DNA of 64,000 nt from Octopus vulgaris (taxonomy: Eukaryota): contig OX597827.1 in NCBI GenBank assembly GCA_951406725.2, forward strand, positions 57,226,001 to 57,290,000. Reading direction: 5' to 3'. This document shows positions 63,659 to 64,000 of this stretch, in pieces. Under the pieces are notes generated by a model. The model saw only the letters and a program-made list of their open reading frames with translations, ran no database searches and had not been told where the DNA came from. Position numbers and translations under genes: made by a program. How positions within the stretch are numbered: position 1 is the stretch's first letter; every line of letters begins with the position of its first letter.

Positions 63659-64000
63659 TGCCCTGATGCAGTACCAGGCAGTGGCTCTCATGGCTTCTGA
63701 TCTTAACTGATTGGAAGTGTTATCATGTACATTGTTTCGTCTTGGTATAAAAGATGGGCTACAGCAAATATTCTGCTCAATACCACAGATTTGCTTGTCA
63801 GTTGTTTGACCATAACCAGTTGAGCATGTCCCTTAGTGGCTGACGATATGTGCATCTCTGATCACGAGCAGAAGTAGTGGGGGAGCATCATAGTCATATG
63901 TTGAGAGGGATTGTTTGGGGTTTAAATAATTCACCTCTGGAAACATGGGTGTTTCATTTAACATCCTTAAATAACTCTTATTCAAGGACCTTTTGAGTGG
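63659..64000 (+). mobile_element. Family C repeat, starting directly after the (AAT)n tract
   Basis: Reverse-complement homolog of ~4070-4439. Runs off the window end. Confidence 0.85.

Larger units (their letters stand above)
59900..63659 (+). pseudogene. Old R4/Dong-like LINE with four nested insertions and an (AAT)n tail
   Basis: Collinear remnants: SEIIYAVAMLITKK (~60020), GSKDQLLFN...WIDYLKVF (~60620-60705), FQGNAFSL (~60840), QHWLRK...VVAQE...RNY and HIVTCCQVL...FIH*KLCQ (62110-62355), and YKYNDLKTDI...ISIII (63330-63400). (AAT)n at 63642-63659. Confidence 0.7.

Overview
This is a repeat-saturated, AT-rich eukaryotic window with no intact host protein-coding gene that I can support. 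The very high microsatellite density and the tRNA-headed SINE families suggest a coleoid cephalopod, probably Octopus (inference). Most ORFs in the track are microsatellite artefacts. Supported content: (1) three abundant SINE groups, here called A, B and R, many with target-site duplications (TSDs); (2) decayed LINEs: Tx1/L1-like, RTE, and R4/Dong-like with a restriction-like endonuclease; (3) mariner and hAT remnants and MITEs; (4) several long hairpins and fold-back duplications; (5) one candidate Pol II core promoter near 49.3 kb. The most interesting signal is a set of ~190-250 bp non-coding inserts embedded in (TA)n tracts at 43.7-53.9 kb. They carry minimal type-I hammerhead ribozyme motifs, mostly with a palindromic stem III, which points to non-autonomous Penelope-like or retrozyme-like elements that target microsatellites. 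All coordinates were read by eye and edges are approximate unless a TSD or TIR is given.
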